A stretch of DNA of 64,000 nt. It comes from an uncultured Agathobaculum sp. Lineage in GTDB: Bacteria; Bacillota; Clostridia; Oscillospirales; Butyricicoccaceae. Each line of letters opens with the position of its first letter. Position 1 is the first letter of the stretch. The translations under genes and the position numbers were made by a program. Shown one piece after another: positions 8,277 to 17,069 of this stretch. The notes below the pieces were generated by a model that worked only from the letters and a program-made list of their open reading frames with translations, was not told the DNA's origin and did no database searches. The stretch is from contig CALWJK010000002.1 in NCBI GenBank assembly GCA_944380975.1, forward strand, positions 37,766-101,765, in the 5' to 3' direction.

Positions 8277-10880
8277 ATGGCAGTCAGCAGTGTAAGCAGT
8301 AGCAGTTCTTCCAGCATTTATGGAAGTCGTTCTAGCAATATTATCAGCGGCCTTGCAAGCGGTTTGGATACCGAATCCATGATTGAAGGAATGGTTTCGG
8401 GCATCAAATCAAAAATTGATACGCAGAAGCAGAATCAGCAGATCCTGCTGTGGCAGCAGGAGGCCTATCGCAGCATCAGCGATCAGCTTGTACAGATCTC
8501 CAGTAAGTATACGTCGTATACTTCGTCGACCAACCTGATGAGTTCGACGTTCTTCCAGCCCAGCATCATTACATCCCTGGGCAAAAATGCGAGCATGATC
8601 TCTGCCTCCGGCAGCACCAACAGCGATATTCAGATTAGCAAAGTTACACAGCTGGCAAAAACTGAGACAGTCAGCTTTTCTGGGCTTAATGGCGTATCCA
8701 ATACGACTACTATTTCGGGAGATCCCAGCAAAGCCGTAGATTTGAAAGGAACTGCAGATGTCAGCAATCTGGCGGGTCAGCAGATGTCGTTTAAATATGG
8801 CAATGAATCTTTCACCATCACGTTTGATAGCAACAAGGAGTATGAGGATTTAGATGATGTGGTGGATGAGATCAATAAGCAGCTGGGAAATGCATCTGTC
8901 ACCTTGTCCGATGGGTCGAGCATTAAGATGGATACCAAAGTCAAGGCGCAGGTCGTTGAGGCAATGGGAGCGGACGGCAAGCCGACTGGGGAGAAAACAA
9001 TTGCCTTTACTTTCAAGGAGGGGGCAAAGGAAAGCAATACGCTGGAAGTTCTCAGTTACTCTTCCCGATCTGTTTTGGATGCATTGAATTTTAATGCTGG
9101 TGATACCCTGACTGGCAGTGGTGTCATGGCATCGCATTCTACGATCAAGCCGGAAGATTTGAAGACTGAAAAGGATGTAAAAGACATCCTTGCAGGTGCA
9201 AGTATGAATGTAACCTATAACGGCACGACGGCGACGATCAAGATGCCGGAAAAGGGTACGGACGAGTATAATGAGATTTTTGTAAATTCCACAGACAAAA
9301 AAGATGCTGCTCAGAAGATGCAGGATTATCTGCAGACCCAGTTTGATCAAGCATTTGGCTATAAACGGATTAAAGTAAGCGGTGTGCAGTCAGATGGTTC
9401 TTTTGTGCCTTCTTTTGAACTGGTTTCCGGAAGTGATAGCGATACGTTATCCATCAATTCTGGCACTTTAAATGTAATTGGCAAGGGCGGTATCTTTGGT
9501 ATCGACCGCGGTGCCTCGAACAGAGTGAACACTGGCAAGACGCTTGGCGATTTGTATGGTACGGTTAAAGAATTGCAGGCGGATGGTACCTCAATTACTA
9601 AGATCGACGGAAAATATTTTGAACCGGTTGGTACTGATGAAAACGGCAATGCCACATATGCTCTGGAAATCAACGGTGTGCGGATTGGTGATAAGTATAC
9701 AGCGGACACTACGTTGGAAACTATTATCAATGATATCAACAGCAACGAGAAGGCAGGCGTTAAGGTCAGTTATTCTACTACATCTAATCAATTTGTATTT
9801 ACTTCCAAGCACGGCGGTGAAGGCGGTAGAATTGAGATCGGACATGATCTAGAAAATGGTACAGCCGGAACGAATTTAGCAGCAAGTTTGTTTGGATCGG
9901 TAGTATATGACTCTAACGGAGATATTTCTCAAGTGCGAGGAAATGCTGTTTCAACTCAAAAAGGCTTCAGTGTCATTCAAGGTCAAGATGCCGAGATGGA
10001 GGCATATATCAACGGCGTAAAAACTACGCTGACCAGCGGCACGAATACCTTCAATATTGATGGCTTCACGGTTACTGCAAACGGCACGTTTGAGGCTGAT
10101 AATGAGGGCGAGCGTGTTACGTTTGATAAAAAGGTTGATGCGGATAAGATCGTTGACGCGGTGAAGAGCTTTGTGGAGGATTATAATAAGGTTCTCGCGG
10201 AGATCAATGAACAATATTCCACGCAGCCCGATCATAAAAAGGAATATAAGCCGCTGACAGATGATCAGAAGGCTGACATGACAGAAAAGCAGATCGAGGA
10301 ATACGAAGCAAAGGCTAAGGAAGGTCTGCTGTTTGGTGATAGCGATTTAGGCGGTTTGTCTAATGGCTTGCGTTTTGTGTTCTCCAATCTGGATATGGAT
10401 GCAATTGGTATTAGTGTGTCGACCAGCTACTCGGATAAGGGCAAGATTACGTTGGATGAGACTAAGCTTCGCTCGGCGCTGGCAAGTGATCCGAATGCAG
10501 TGGCAGAAGCATTTACAGCACCGCTGGAGCAAAAGCAGGTTACCAATGCAGACGGCACGACCTCTTGGGTGGATGATACGTCTTCGGGCGGCGCAATGTC
10601 GCGCCTGAAAGTGCAGCTCGATAAGTATGCAGCGACAACCGGATCGACCAAGGGCATTCTGATCGAAAAGGCAGGTTCGCAGTATTCTCCGATGGCGCTG
10701 CTGGACAACACGCTGCAGGATAAGATCGACAGCTACGATGACGTGATTGATTCCCTGACCGAAAAACTGAATGATAAAATTGATTATTACACCTCGAAAT
10801 TCAGCAAATTGGAAGTATTGATCGCACAGATGAACTCGCAAAGTTCTTATTTGGCGAGTATGGGCGGCAGCAGCTATTGA
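8277..10880 (+). CDS. fliD: Flagellar filament cap FliD (long, 867 aa)
   Basis: N-terminal SGLASGLDTESMIEGMVS. C-terminal KIDYYTSKFSKLEVLIAQMNSQSSYL. ATG 8277 lies 8 nt after GGAAGGAG; the track start at 8259 is a TTG running into the RBS. Confidence 0.93.
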   Translation: MAVSSVSSSSSSSIYGSRSSNIISGLASGLDTESMIEGMVSGIKSKIDTQKQNQQILLWQQEAYRSISDQLVQISSKYTSYTSSTNLMSSTFFQPSIITSLGKNASMISASGSTNSDIQISKVTQLAKTETVSFSGLNGVSNTTTISGDPSKAVDLKGTADVSNLAGQQMSFKYGNESFTITFDSNKEYEDLDDVVDEINKQLGNASVTLSDGSSIKMDTKVKAQVVEAMGADGKPTGEKTIAFTFKEGAKESNTLEVLSYSSRSVLDALNFNAGDTLTGSGVMASHSTIKPEDLKTEKDVKDILAGASMNVTYNGTTATIKMPEKGTDEYNEIFVNSTDKKDAAQKMQDYLQTQFDQAFGYKRIKVSGVQSDGSFVPSFELVSGSDSDTLSINSGTLNVIGKGGIFGIDRGASNRVNTGKTLGDLYGTVKELQADGTSITKIDGKYFEPVGTDENGNATYALEINGVRIGDKYTADTTLETIINDINSNEKAGVKVSYSTTSNQFVFTSKHGGEGGRIEIGHDLENGTAGTNLAASLFGSVVYDSNGDISQVRGNAVSTQKGFSVIQGQDAEMEAYINGVKTTLTSGTNTFNIDGFTVTANGTFEADNEGERVTFDKKVDADKIVDAVKSFVEDYNKVLAEINEQYSTQPDHKKEYKPLTDDQKADMTEKQIEEYEAKAKEGLLFGDSDLGGLSNGLRFVFSNLDMDAIGISVSTSYSDKGKITLDETKLRSALASDPNAVAEAFTAPLEQKQVTNADGTTSWVDDTSSGGAMSRLKVQLDKYAATTGSTKGILIEKAGSQYSPMALLDNTLQDKIDSYDDVIDSLTEKLNDKIDYYTSKFSKLEVLIAQMNSQSSYLASMGGSSY

Positions 10881-10918
10881 CAAAGGGTGTAGAATAGAAA
10901 GGACGGGGTAATCCGGCT

Positions 10919-11290
10919 ATGGATATGCATGGCTACCAACAATACAAAGCGCAGTCAATCAATACGATGACGCCCGGCGAGCTGCTGATGCTGCTGTATG
11001 ACGAATTGATTAAGCGTTTGACCCGTGCGGAAATTGCATTGAAGAATGAAAATTTTGAGGTTTTTGATGAATCAATTATCCGTTGTCGGGAAATCCTAAG
11101 GTATCTGGATGATACGCTTGATATGCAGTATCCGATTAGCCATGATCTGCACCGTCTGTACGATTTCTTCTCCTATGAGTTGAGTCGTGTGCAGGCGGGG
11201 CGGAACGAGAAGGTTCTGGCCGAAGTAAAGCCCCGATTGACCGATCTCCGGGATACGTTCCGGCAGGCACAAAAGGCGGGCGGTGTATGA
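10919..11290 (+). CDS. fliS: Flagellin-specific chaperone FliS
   Basis: 123 aa. YQQYKAQSINTMTPGELLMLLYDELIKRL... is a typical FliS helix bundle. Follows fliD. Confidence 0.92.
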   Translation: MDMHGYQQYKAQSINTMTPGELLMLLYDELIKRLTRAEIALKNENFEVFDESIIRCREILRYLDDTLDMQYPISHDLHRLYDFFSYELSRVQAGRNEKVLAEVKPRLTDLRDTFRQAQKAGGV

Positions 11291-11661
11291 AAGAGCAGTG
11301 GATGAAGCTGCTGGTACAACTCAGAAAGCGTTATACGGCTTTGACAGAGACGTATGATTTAACCGTGCAGATGGGAGAGGCGCTGGACCGAAACGACCGC
11401 ACCTCTTTCAGCATGCTGTTATCCATGCGTCAGGAGCCTGTGCTTCGCATGCAGGAATTGGACGGCAATATCCGGCGCATTGTAGAAACTGATGCGCCGG
11501 ATATTGAAGTACGTTGGCAGGCACTGGTTGCTGGAGATACACCACGGGACGCAGATGAGCAGATGGTAGTAAATCAAATGCAGAAAAACAAGCGTGTGAT
11601 TGATCGTTTGGTACCGATTGATAGCAGAATCAATCGGGTGCTTACTGAAAGAAAGTCATAA
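11287..11661 (+). CDS. Helical protein in the fliT slot (FliT-like, positional call only)
   Basis: 124-aa ORF overlapping the fliS stop (ATGA). No diagnostic motif. Confidence 0.45.
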   Translation: MKEQWMKLLVQLRKRYTALTETYDLTVQMGEALDRNDRTSFSMLLSMRQEPVLRMQELDGNIRRIVETDAPDIEVRWQALVAGDTPRDADEQMVVNQMQKNKRVIDRLVPIDSRINRVLTERKS

Positions 11662-11662
11662 C

Positions 11663-12535
11663 GTGAGAAAAAAGAGCTGGACAAAACGAATAGGATTATG
11701 CTTTATGGCGGTTGCTTTCATTGGCGGAGCTGAGTTAGCGGCCAGCTATTGGCTTGACCCACCGATTTTCCATAAGATCGTTGATCCGATCATGGAGAAA
11801 ACGGGCGATTTGTGGCGCTTTGGAAGCGAGCAGGTGCGTGTGGCAGTGGACGGCGTGAAAGAGCGCATCGCAGAACGCAGTGCACTGCGGCAGGAGCAGA
11901 TCGAATCCCAGCGGGCAGGGGAACCAGCGATACCGGATGGCGGTGTGTTGATACAAGACCCTGCAATCACTGAACTGGTCACACGGGATGGGCAGGAAGT
12001 GCTCACGGGCGGTTCGGTGCCGATTGCGTATTTTGCGCAGAGTGACCCGGCTTGGAAGGATCAGCCGTATGGATCGGATAGCGTAGGCCCGTATGGCTGC
12101 GGGCCTACTGCCATGGCCATGGCAGTGAAGAGCCTGACGGGAACGGACACCGATCCAAAGCAGATGGCCAGCTGGTGTAGTCAAAACGGATATTGGGCTG
12201 CCGGAAGCGGGTCATATCATAGCATCGTGCGTGGTGTGGCCGATGCCTTTGGGTTGGAATGCGTTTCTCCAAGTTCTATGACACCGGAGGAATTGCGTAT
12301 ACAACTTTCCGGTGGCCGCATTGCGGTTGCACTAATGAGTGCCGGACATTTTACCAGCGGGGGACATTTTATCTTGCTACGTGGCGTAACACTGGATGGC
12401 AATATTCTAGTTGCTGATCCGAACAGTAGAGCACGTAGTCTGCAGGAATGGGACGCCTCCATTATTTTAAATGAATTAAGTTCCAGCAAAACGGCGGGCG
12501 CACCGCTTTGGCTTTTATCTAAGCAAATGGATTAG
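11663..12535 (+). CDS. Membrane-anchored papain-fold (Peptidase_C39-like) cysteine peptidase
   Basis: N-terminal signal-anchor RKKSWTKRIGLCFMAVAFIGGA. Candidate catalytic Cys in GPYGCGPTAMAMAV and His in TSGGHFILLRGV. AQSDPAWKDQPYG precedes the Cys, as in C39_2-type domains. GTG 11663 starts 1 nt after the upstream stop. Confidence 0.6.
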   Translation: MRKKSWTKRIGLCFMAVAFIGGAELAASYWLDPPIFHKIVDPIMEKTGDLWRFGSEQVRVAVDGVKERIAERSALRQEQIESQRAGEPAIPDGGVLIQDPAITELVTRDGQEVLTGGSVPIAYFAQSDPAWKDQPYGSDSVGPYGCGPTAMAMAVKSLTGTDTDPKQMASWCSQNGYWAAGSGSYHSIVRGVADAFGLECVSPSSMTPEELRIQLSGGRIAVALMSAGHFTSGGHFILLRGVTLDGNILVADPNSRARSLQEWDASIILNELSSSKTAGAPLWLLSKQMD

Positions 12536-12567
12536 TGGCGCCTAACCGATCGAGTAGGAGGTTTACT

Positions 12568-13287
12568 GTGCCACAGATAGAGATGCAGCATGTAACCAAA
12601 TATTTTAGCAATGAGCAAAGACGTTTTGCAGCGATTGATGATGTTTCGCTCTCCATCGACCGCGGTGAGTTCGTTTTCTTGATTGGAAGTAGCGGCGCAG
12701 GAAAAACTACTTTGCTGCGGCTGCTGGCCAATCAGATCGTAGCGGACGAGGGGAAAATATGGCTGGATAACGTGGAGCTGACACGACTGCGCGGTTGGCG
12801 GCGTCCGGTATACCGTAGAAATATCGGTCAGGTTTGGCAGGATGCAAGCCTGATTCGGAAAAAGACTGTACGTCAGAATCTGGAGCTTGTGCAGCGGGCG
12901 CTTGGTGTCAAATCCAAGGTGATTCCGGAAAATACACAGAAAGCATTGTCGATCGTCGGCATGCGTGCCATGGAGGATCGATATCCGTTTGAGCTGTCCG
13001 GCGGGCAGGTCAAAATGGTGGAGCTGGCACGTGCGATTATTTGTAATCCGCCCATTTTGATTGTGGATGAAATTACAGCAAATTTGGATTATGATACAGG
13101 CTGGGATATCATGAATATCCTCAATGAGATCAACCGCTGTGGTACAACTGTCATTATGGCGACACATGCAAAGGATTTTGTCAATATCATGTGCCGCAGA
13201 GTGATCACATTGGTTGCCGGCAAAGTGGCCGGTGATGTTGAGAAGGGCAAATACGGCGAGTTAAGAGCAACAAACCGATTTGAATAA
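12568..13287 (+). CDS. Divergent FtsE-like ABC ATPase with no FtsX partner nearby
   Basis: Walker A GSSGAGKTT, signature LSGGQVKMVELARA, Walker B ILIVDEITANLD, H-loop MATHA. The overall layout is FtsE-like. GTG 12568 lies 6 nt after AGGAGG. The next gene is an MCP, not a permease. Confidence 0.75.
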   Translation: MPQIEMQHVTKYFSNEQRRFAAIDDVSLSIDRGEFVFLIGSSGAGKTTLLRLLANQIVADEGKIWLDNVELTRLRGWRRPVYRRNIGQVWQDASLIRKKTVRQNLELVQRALGVKSKVIPENTQKALSIVGMRAMEDRYPFELSGGQVKMVELARAIICNPPILIVDEITANLDYDTGWDIMNILNEINRCGTTVIMATHAKDFVNIMCRRVITLVAGKVAGDVEKGKYGELRATNRFE

Positions 13288-13330
13288 AACATAAAAGGTA
13301 TATAGTTTTAGTTGGGAGGCACATTTTGGT

Positions 13331-15226
13331 ATGCAACTAAAAAACATGAAAATCAATCAAAGACTAATCTTGGGATTTGCAATTCCCGTTATTTTGGCGG
13401 TTCTTTTGCTTGTAATTGCGCTGACGAACTCGCTTTCGATGCGCAACCAGTATGAAGAACTGTTGAATCATGAAGTACAGTTGGAACTTCAGATTATGAA
13501 TTGCCGTGTGCAAACGAATACGGCAGCGCGTTTTGCGCGTGATATGGTACTCGATACCGAGAAGACAAACTTCAACAGCAACCAGTCCCAGCTGAATGAT
13601 GCGTTGGATGCATTAACGGAATCGCAGAATTATGTTGCGGAGAATTGTACGCTGGGCGATGGTAAGGAGGACAGTTATCTGGCCGCTGTGAGCGCATGGG
13701 AAAATATCATTCCCAAAATTCTCAGCGCAGTGGAAGCGAACGACTTTGAACAAGCGCAGACAATTCTGGTCAACGAATGCACACCGGCACTCAATGAACT
13801 GCGTGACAATGCAGTGGAACTCAATCAGGCAATTGAAGATAGTATCACAGAGGTACGGACGGCACAGGAACAGTCGGTTACCCGGATGCTGATTCTCATG
13901 ATTGTATTGCTGGTAGTATTTGTGATTTTGGTGATCATGTTTGCAACACGGCTGATCCGCTCCATTTTGATTCCGCTGAACGAAACCAAAATGGCGCTGC
14001 AGGATATGCGCGATGGTGATATGAGCCATCAGATTACATATGAATCGAGAGATGAATTTGGTGATATGGCAGACGCTCTGCGGGGAAGCCAGCAAATGTT
14101 GAGCTCTGCTCTTGATGAAATTACCCGCATCACGACTGCTATGGTAGATGGCGACTTCAGCGTTAATTGTGAAGTTGAACTGCCTGGCGCATTCCATACG
14201 ATCACGGAGTCTCTGGCGCAGCTGACCAGCCAGATGCGTAAGATGATCGCCAATGTCAAGGCTTCTGTGGATCAGGTTGCTTCCGGTGCGGCTCAGGTTT
14301 CTACCGGCGCGCAGTCTCTGGCACAGGGTGCGACGGAACAGGCCAGTGCAGTTGAGCAGCTTTCGGCCACCATCAACGATATTGCAACTGCTGCGCGTAA
14401 AAATACCGAGGCGGCGCAGTCGGCCAAGGAAAATGCGGATGCCGCTGGTTCGCAGAATGAGGAAAGCCAGCAGCAGATGACACAGATGATTAACGCGATG
14501 AACGAAATCACGTCTACATCGCAGGAAATCAGCAAGATCATTAAGACAATCGAAGATATTGCGTTCCAGACCAATATTCTTGCGCTCAATGCGGCTGTGG
14601 AAGCAGCGCGTGCTGGTTCTGCGGGCAAGGGCTTTGCAGTTGTTGCGGATGAGGTTCGGAATCTTGCATCGAAATCTGCAGAGGCGGCTAAGAATACCAC
14701 TACTTTGATTGAAAATTCGATCAAGGCGGTTGAGAATGGATCCAATATTGCACATGCGGCGGCAGAATCTATTACTTCCAGCACTGATCTGACGAGCAAA
14801 GCGGTTGAAAAGATCACGCAGATCGCAGCGGCAGCAGAGCGTGAGTCCGAGTCGATTGAGCAGATCACGCAGGGCATTGATCAGATTGCAACGGTTGTTC
14901 AGACTAACTCTGCTACCAGCGAGGAATCTGCGGCGGCCAGCCAGGAGCTTTCCTCGCAGGCACATATGCTGCACCAGATCTTCTCTGCTTTCCGTGTTGG
15001 CAAGGAGGATGTTGCTCCGGCAGCGTTGCCGGCTTCAACAGCAGCATCGGCGTCTTCGTTTGACTATCAAGCTCCGGCAGCGGCACCGGCCTTTGAAAGC
15101 AGCTCTTCCACCTCTGTAAACAGCGGCAGCTTTCATGCAGGAGGTTCTTCCCCCGTATCGGGGGATAGGTTTCCAGAAAGCCATCACACCTCTTTCTCCA
15201 GCTACGACGATTCCGGTAAGTACTAA
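13331..15226 (+). CDS. Methyl-accepting chemotaxis protein (4-helix-type sensor, HAMP) with long S/A-rich C-terminal tail
   Basis: Two TM segments. Conserved signalling hairpin [39 protein letters not shown]. An ~80-aa low-complexity tail precedes the stop at 15224. Confidence 0.93.
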   Translation: MQLKNMKINQRLILGFAIPVILAVLLLVIALTNSLSMRNQYEELLNHEVQLELQIMNCRVQTNTAARFARDMVLDTEKTNFNSNQSQLNDALDALTESQNYVAENCTLGDGKEDSYLAAVSAWENIIPKILSAVEANDFEQAQTILVNECTPALNELRDNAVELNQAIEDSITEVRTAQEQSVTRMLILMIVLLVVFVILVIMFATRLIRSILIPLNETKMALQDMRDGDMSHQITYESRDEFGDMADALRGSQQMLSSALDEITRITTAMVDGDFSVNCEVELPGAFHTITESLAQLTSQMRKMIANVKASVDQVASGAAQVSTGAQSLAQGATEQASAVEQLSATINDIATAARKNTEAAQSAKENADAAGSQNEESQQQMTQMINAMNEITSTSQEISKIIKTIEDIAFQTNILALNAAVEAARAGSAGKGFAVVADEVRNLASKSAEAAKNTTTLIENSIKAVENGSNIAHAAAESITSSTDLTSKAVEKITQIAAAAERESESIEQITQGIDQIATVVQTNSATSEESAAASQELSSQAHMLHQIFSAFRVGKEDVAPAALPASTAASASSFDYQAPAAAPAFESSSSTSVNSGSFHAGGSSPVSGDRFPESHHTSFSSYDDSGKY

Positions 15227-15248
15227 GAGATATGAGGTTACGCCAGAC

Positions 15249-15629
15249 TTGGAAACGGGCAATGATTTGATCGATTCCGAGCACCGTATGTTGTTTGATG
15301 CGATCAATGACCTGATGGACGCATGTAATTCAGGTCATGGTCGTGATAAAATCGGTGAAACCGCAGACTTCCTTGCAGATTATGTCGATCAACATTTCGC
15401 GGATGAGGAAGATTTGCAGCGGAAGAATCATTATCCCTACTACGAGGCGCATCACAATTTCCATTTGAATTACAAGCAGAAAATTCGCGAATTGGCGAAC
15501 GAGATTCGTACGGAAGGTCCCAATGTGAAAAACTTGGGTGAAGTCAATTCGCAGGCGAGTGTGCTGATCAACCATATTCGCCATGAAGATAAGCGCTTGG
15601 CGGAGTTTATTAAAAACAATGCTGAGTGA
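15249..15629 (+). CDS. Hemerythrin-like di-iron protein (start codon uncertain)
   Basis: Complete ligand pattern: DSEH, HFADE (HxxxE), HHNFH (HxxxH), HIRHED (HxxxxD). The domain begins about 5 nt after the MCP stop, in the +1 frame. In-frame starts are only ATG 15135 (inside the MCP gene, no SD) and TTG 15249 (GAGG 11 nt upstream). Confidence 0.75.
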   Translation: METGNDLIDSEHRMLFDAINDLMDACNSGHGRDKIGETADFLADYVDQHFADEEDLQRKNHYPYYEAHHNFHLNYKQKIRELANEIRTEGPNVKNLGEVNSQASVLINHIRHEDKRLAEFIKNNAE

Positions 15630-15684
15630 TGATTCAGCTTGCCAGTTATGGCAGATCATGATCAGATGAATGGGTAGGAGCCGG

Positions 15685-15760
15685 CGGTATACAGCCCAAG
15701 CTTGTGGGTCGGATGATGTTGTGATGATGCAACACGGATTCGAACTTGGGCTGTATGCTG
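15685..15760 (+). repeat. Long inverted repeat / hairpin in the hemerythrin-cheX spacer
   Basis: Perfect 12-bp arms ATACAGCCCAAG (15689-15700) / CTTGGGCTGTAT (15745-15756), extendable with G-U pairs. An inner 5-bp hairpin is TGTTG/CAACA (15717-15734). Confidence 0.6.
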
Positions 15761-15891
15761 TGGCTTCTTCGCAATGCCAACCTGATCCAATTCACGTCTC
15801 CATATCGCGTCCATGCAACGAGTGGGAGGCGTGATTTGCGTATATGCAGTATTGGAACAAGGGATTTTGAGTAAAAATAGGAGGTAGTACG

Positions 15892-16350
15892 TTGGGCACA
15901 CTCACGCAAGCAGAGATTCAAAATGTTTTGGATCAAGTCATGCAGGATATGACCAAGCGTATTGGTGGTATATGCCTGTGTAAACGGGATACTGTGCTTT
16001 CCAGTGACATGTGTACAATCTATACTACGTTTGAAGGAAGTTACCGTGGCGCTTTGATATTATGTGCGGACACCACGTTTTGGGCCCGTCTGGCACGTTA
16101 TGTCATGCAGGAAGATACAGTAGATCCAAATGACTTTGAGGATCTTGCGAAAGAATATTTTAATGTCGTCTGTGGGCAAATTGCGGCCGGGCTGTATCGT
16201 CTTTCGCATAGTCCATCCCGTTTCCGCATCCCGGTATTTTATATGGGACGTTATATCCCCATAGAGGATGATGGAACGCAGAATGTCATCAATTATGCGA
16301 GCGACCAAAATGAAGGGGCACAACTAATTCATCAATTGATCTCTGCATAA
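15892..16350 (+). CDS. cheX: CheX-type CheY-P phosphatase
   Basis: Exact CheC/CheX/FliY active-site pattern D-X3-E-X2-N-X22-P, as DLAKEYFN(22 aa)P at residues 84-114. TTG start lies 7 nt after AGGAGG. Confidence 0.75.
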   Translation: MGTLTQAEIQNVLDQVMQDMTKRIGGICLCKRDTVLSSDMCTIYTTFEGSYRGALILCADTTFWARLARYVMQEDTVDPNDFEDLAKEYFNVVCGQIAAGLYRLSHSPSRFRIPVFYMGRYIPIEDDGTQNVINYASDQNEGAQLIHQLISA

Positions 16351-16387
16351 AAGTATTTGCAGATGATATATGAAAAGGAGTTATATT

Positions 16388-16756
16388 ATGTCAAAGAGAG
16401 TCATGGTAGTAGACGATTCTCGTATCGTTCACATGCAGCTGAAGAAGATTTTGGCGGATACAGACTATCAGATCGTTGCATGCTGCCAAAGTGGGGAAGA
16501 GGCTCTGGAGAAATATGGCGAAGTTGAGCCGGATCTGGTGACAATGGATATTCTGATGCCGGGCATTGATGGGTTGGAAACAGCGCGTCAGCTTTTAAAA
16601 GCGCATCCGCATGCCCGTATTCTGATGGTCTCCTCGCTCGCCTATGACGATACCATCAACGAAGCACATGATGTTGGTGTGAAGGGATTTGTGTATAAGC
16701 CGTTTGAGCGCAGCCAGATACTTGAGTCGATGTCGCATGCGTTGTGTGATGCATAA
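16388..16756 (+). CDS. Single-domain CheY-like response regulator
   Basis: Receiver motifs VMVVDDS, DLVTMDILMPGIDG, MVSSL and KGFVYKPF. AAAGGAG precedes ATG 16388. Confidence 0.88.
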   Translation: MSKRVMVVDDSRIVHMQLKKILADTDYQIVACCQSGEEALEKYGEVEPDLVTMDILMPGIDGLETARQLLKAHPHARILMVSSLAYDDTINEAHDVGVKGFVYKPFERSQILESMSHALCDA

Positions 16757-16883
16757 GCACATAAAAGAAAATAGATGCTGTGGTTTTAAGTCTTGTATAA
16801 CAAGACAGAGCGCACAAAATATACAAAAAATATAGGCATAAAATGCACATTGTGCCAAAAAAAATTAAAAACAAAATTTTGGC

Positions 16884-16910
16884 TTATTTATTTTTGCGCG
16901 CAACCGATGA
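16884..16910 (+). promoter_or_regulatory. Candidate sigma-28 promoter of flagellin gene
   Basis: TTAT (16884-16887)-N15-ACCGATGA (16903-16910). The GCTTAT-to-CCGAT spacing (22 nt) is identical to the flgM site. Confidence 0.5.
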
Positions 16911-17017
16911 TATGAATGTAAGTTAACCCCCGGCAAATGTGCAGGGGAAATGCATTTCCAGCTTTCAAACGGGGTGTAACTGTCTCGTCTGAAATAGAAG
17001 AACATTCACCAAATGGA

Positions 17018-17060
17018 CCGCAAGCAAAAGGATTTGCTGCGGACGGATTCTGTAAAGGAG
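17018..17060 (+). promoter_or_regulatory. Putative CsrA binding sites in flagellin leader
   Basis: Hairpin 17018-17042: 10 bp with a 1-nt bulge, presenting AGGA (17029-17032) as the tetraloop. A second GGA lies in the SD AAAGGAG (17054-17060). Confidence 0.55.
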
Positions 17061-17069
17061 TAGTGAATC

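Noticed and set aside
12535-12567. GTG 12535 as the start of the FtsE-like gene.
   Set aside because: The AGGAGG at 12556-12561 lies inside that extension and is ideally spaced for GTG 12568. FtsE proteins normally begin about 5 residues before the first beta-strand (IEMQHVTKYF).
13613-14974. 453-aa - strand ORF, with a similar one at 26790-27617.
   Set aside because: Both are antisense shadows of the highly conserved MCP signalling domains. Neither has an RBS or recognisable motifs.
15730-15750. GGATTCGAAC (reverse complement GTTCGAATCC), resembling a tRNA T-loop.
   Set aside because: On neither strand could I build flanking T-stem, acceptor or anticodon arms. It is part of the long hairpin loop.
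15646-15936. - strand ORFs of 96 and 79 aa in the hemerythrin-cheX spacer.
   Set aside because: They have no RBS, an implausible composition and no motif, and they overlap the cheX RBS and start. The region is better explained as structured non-coding RNA.
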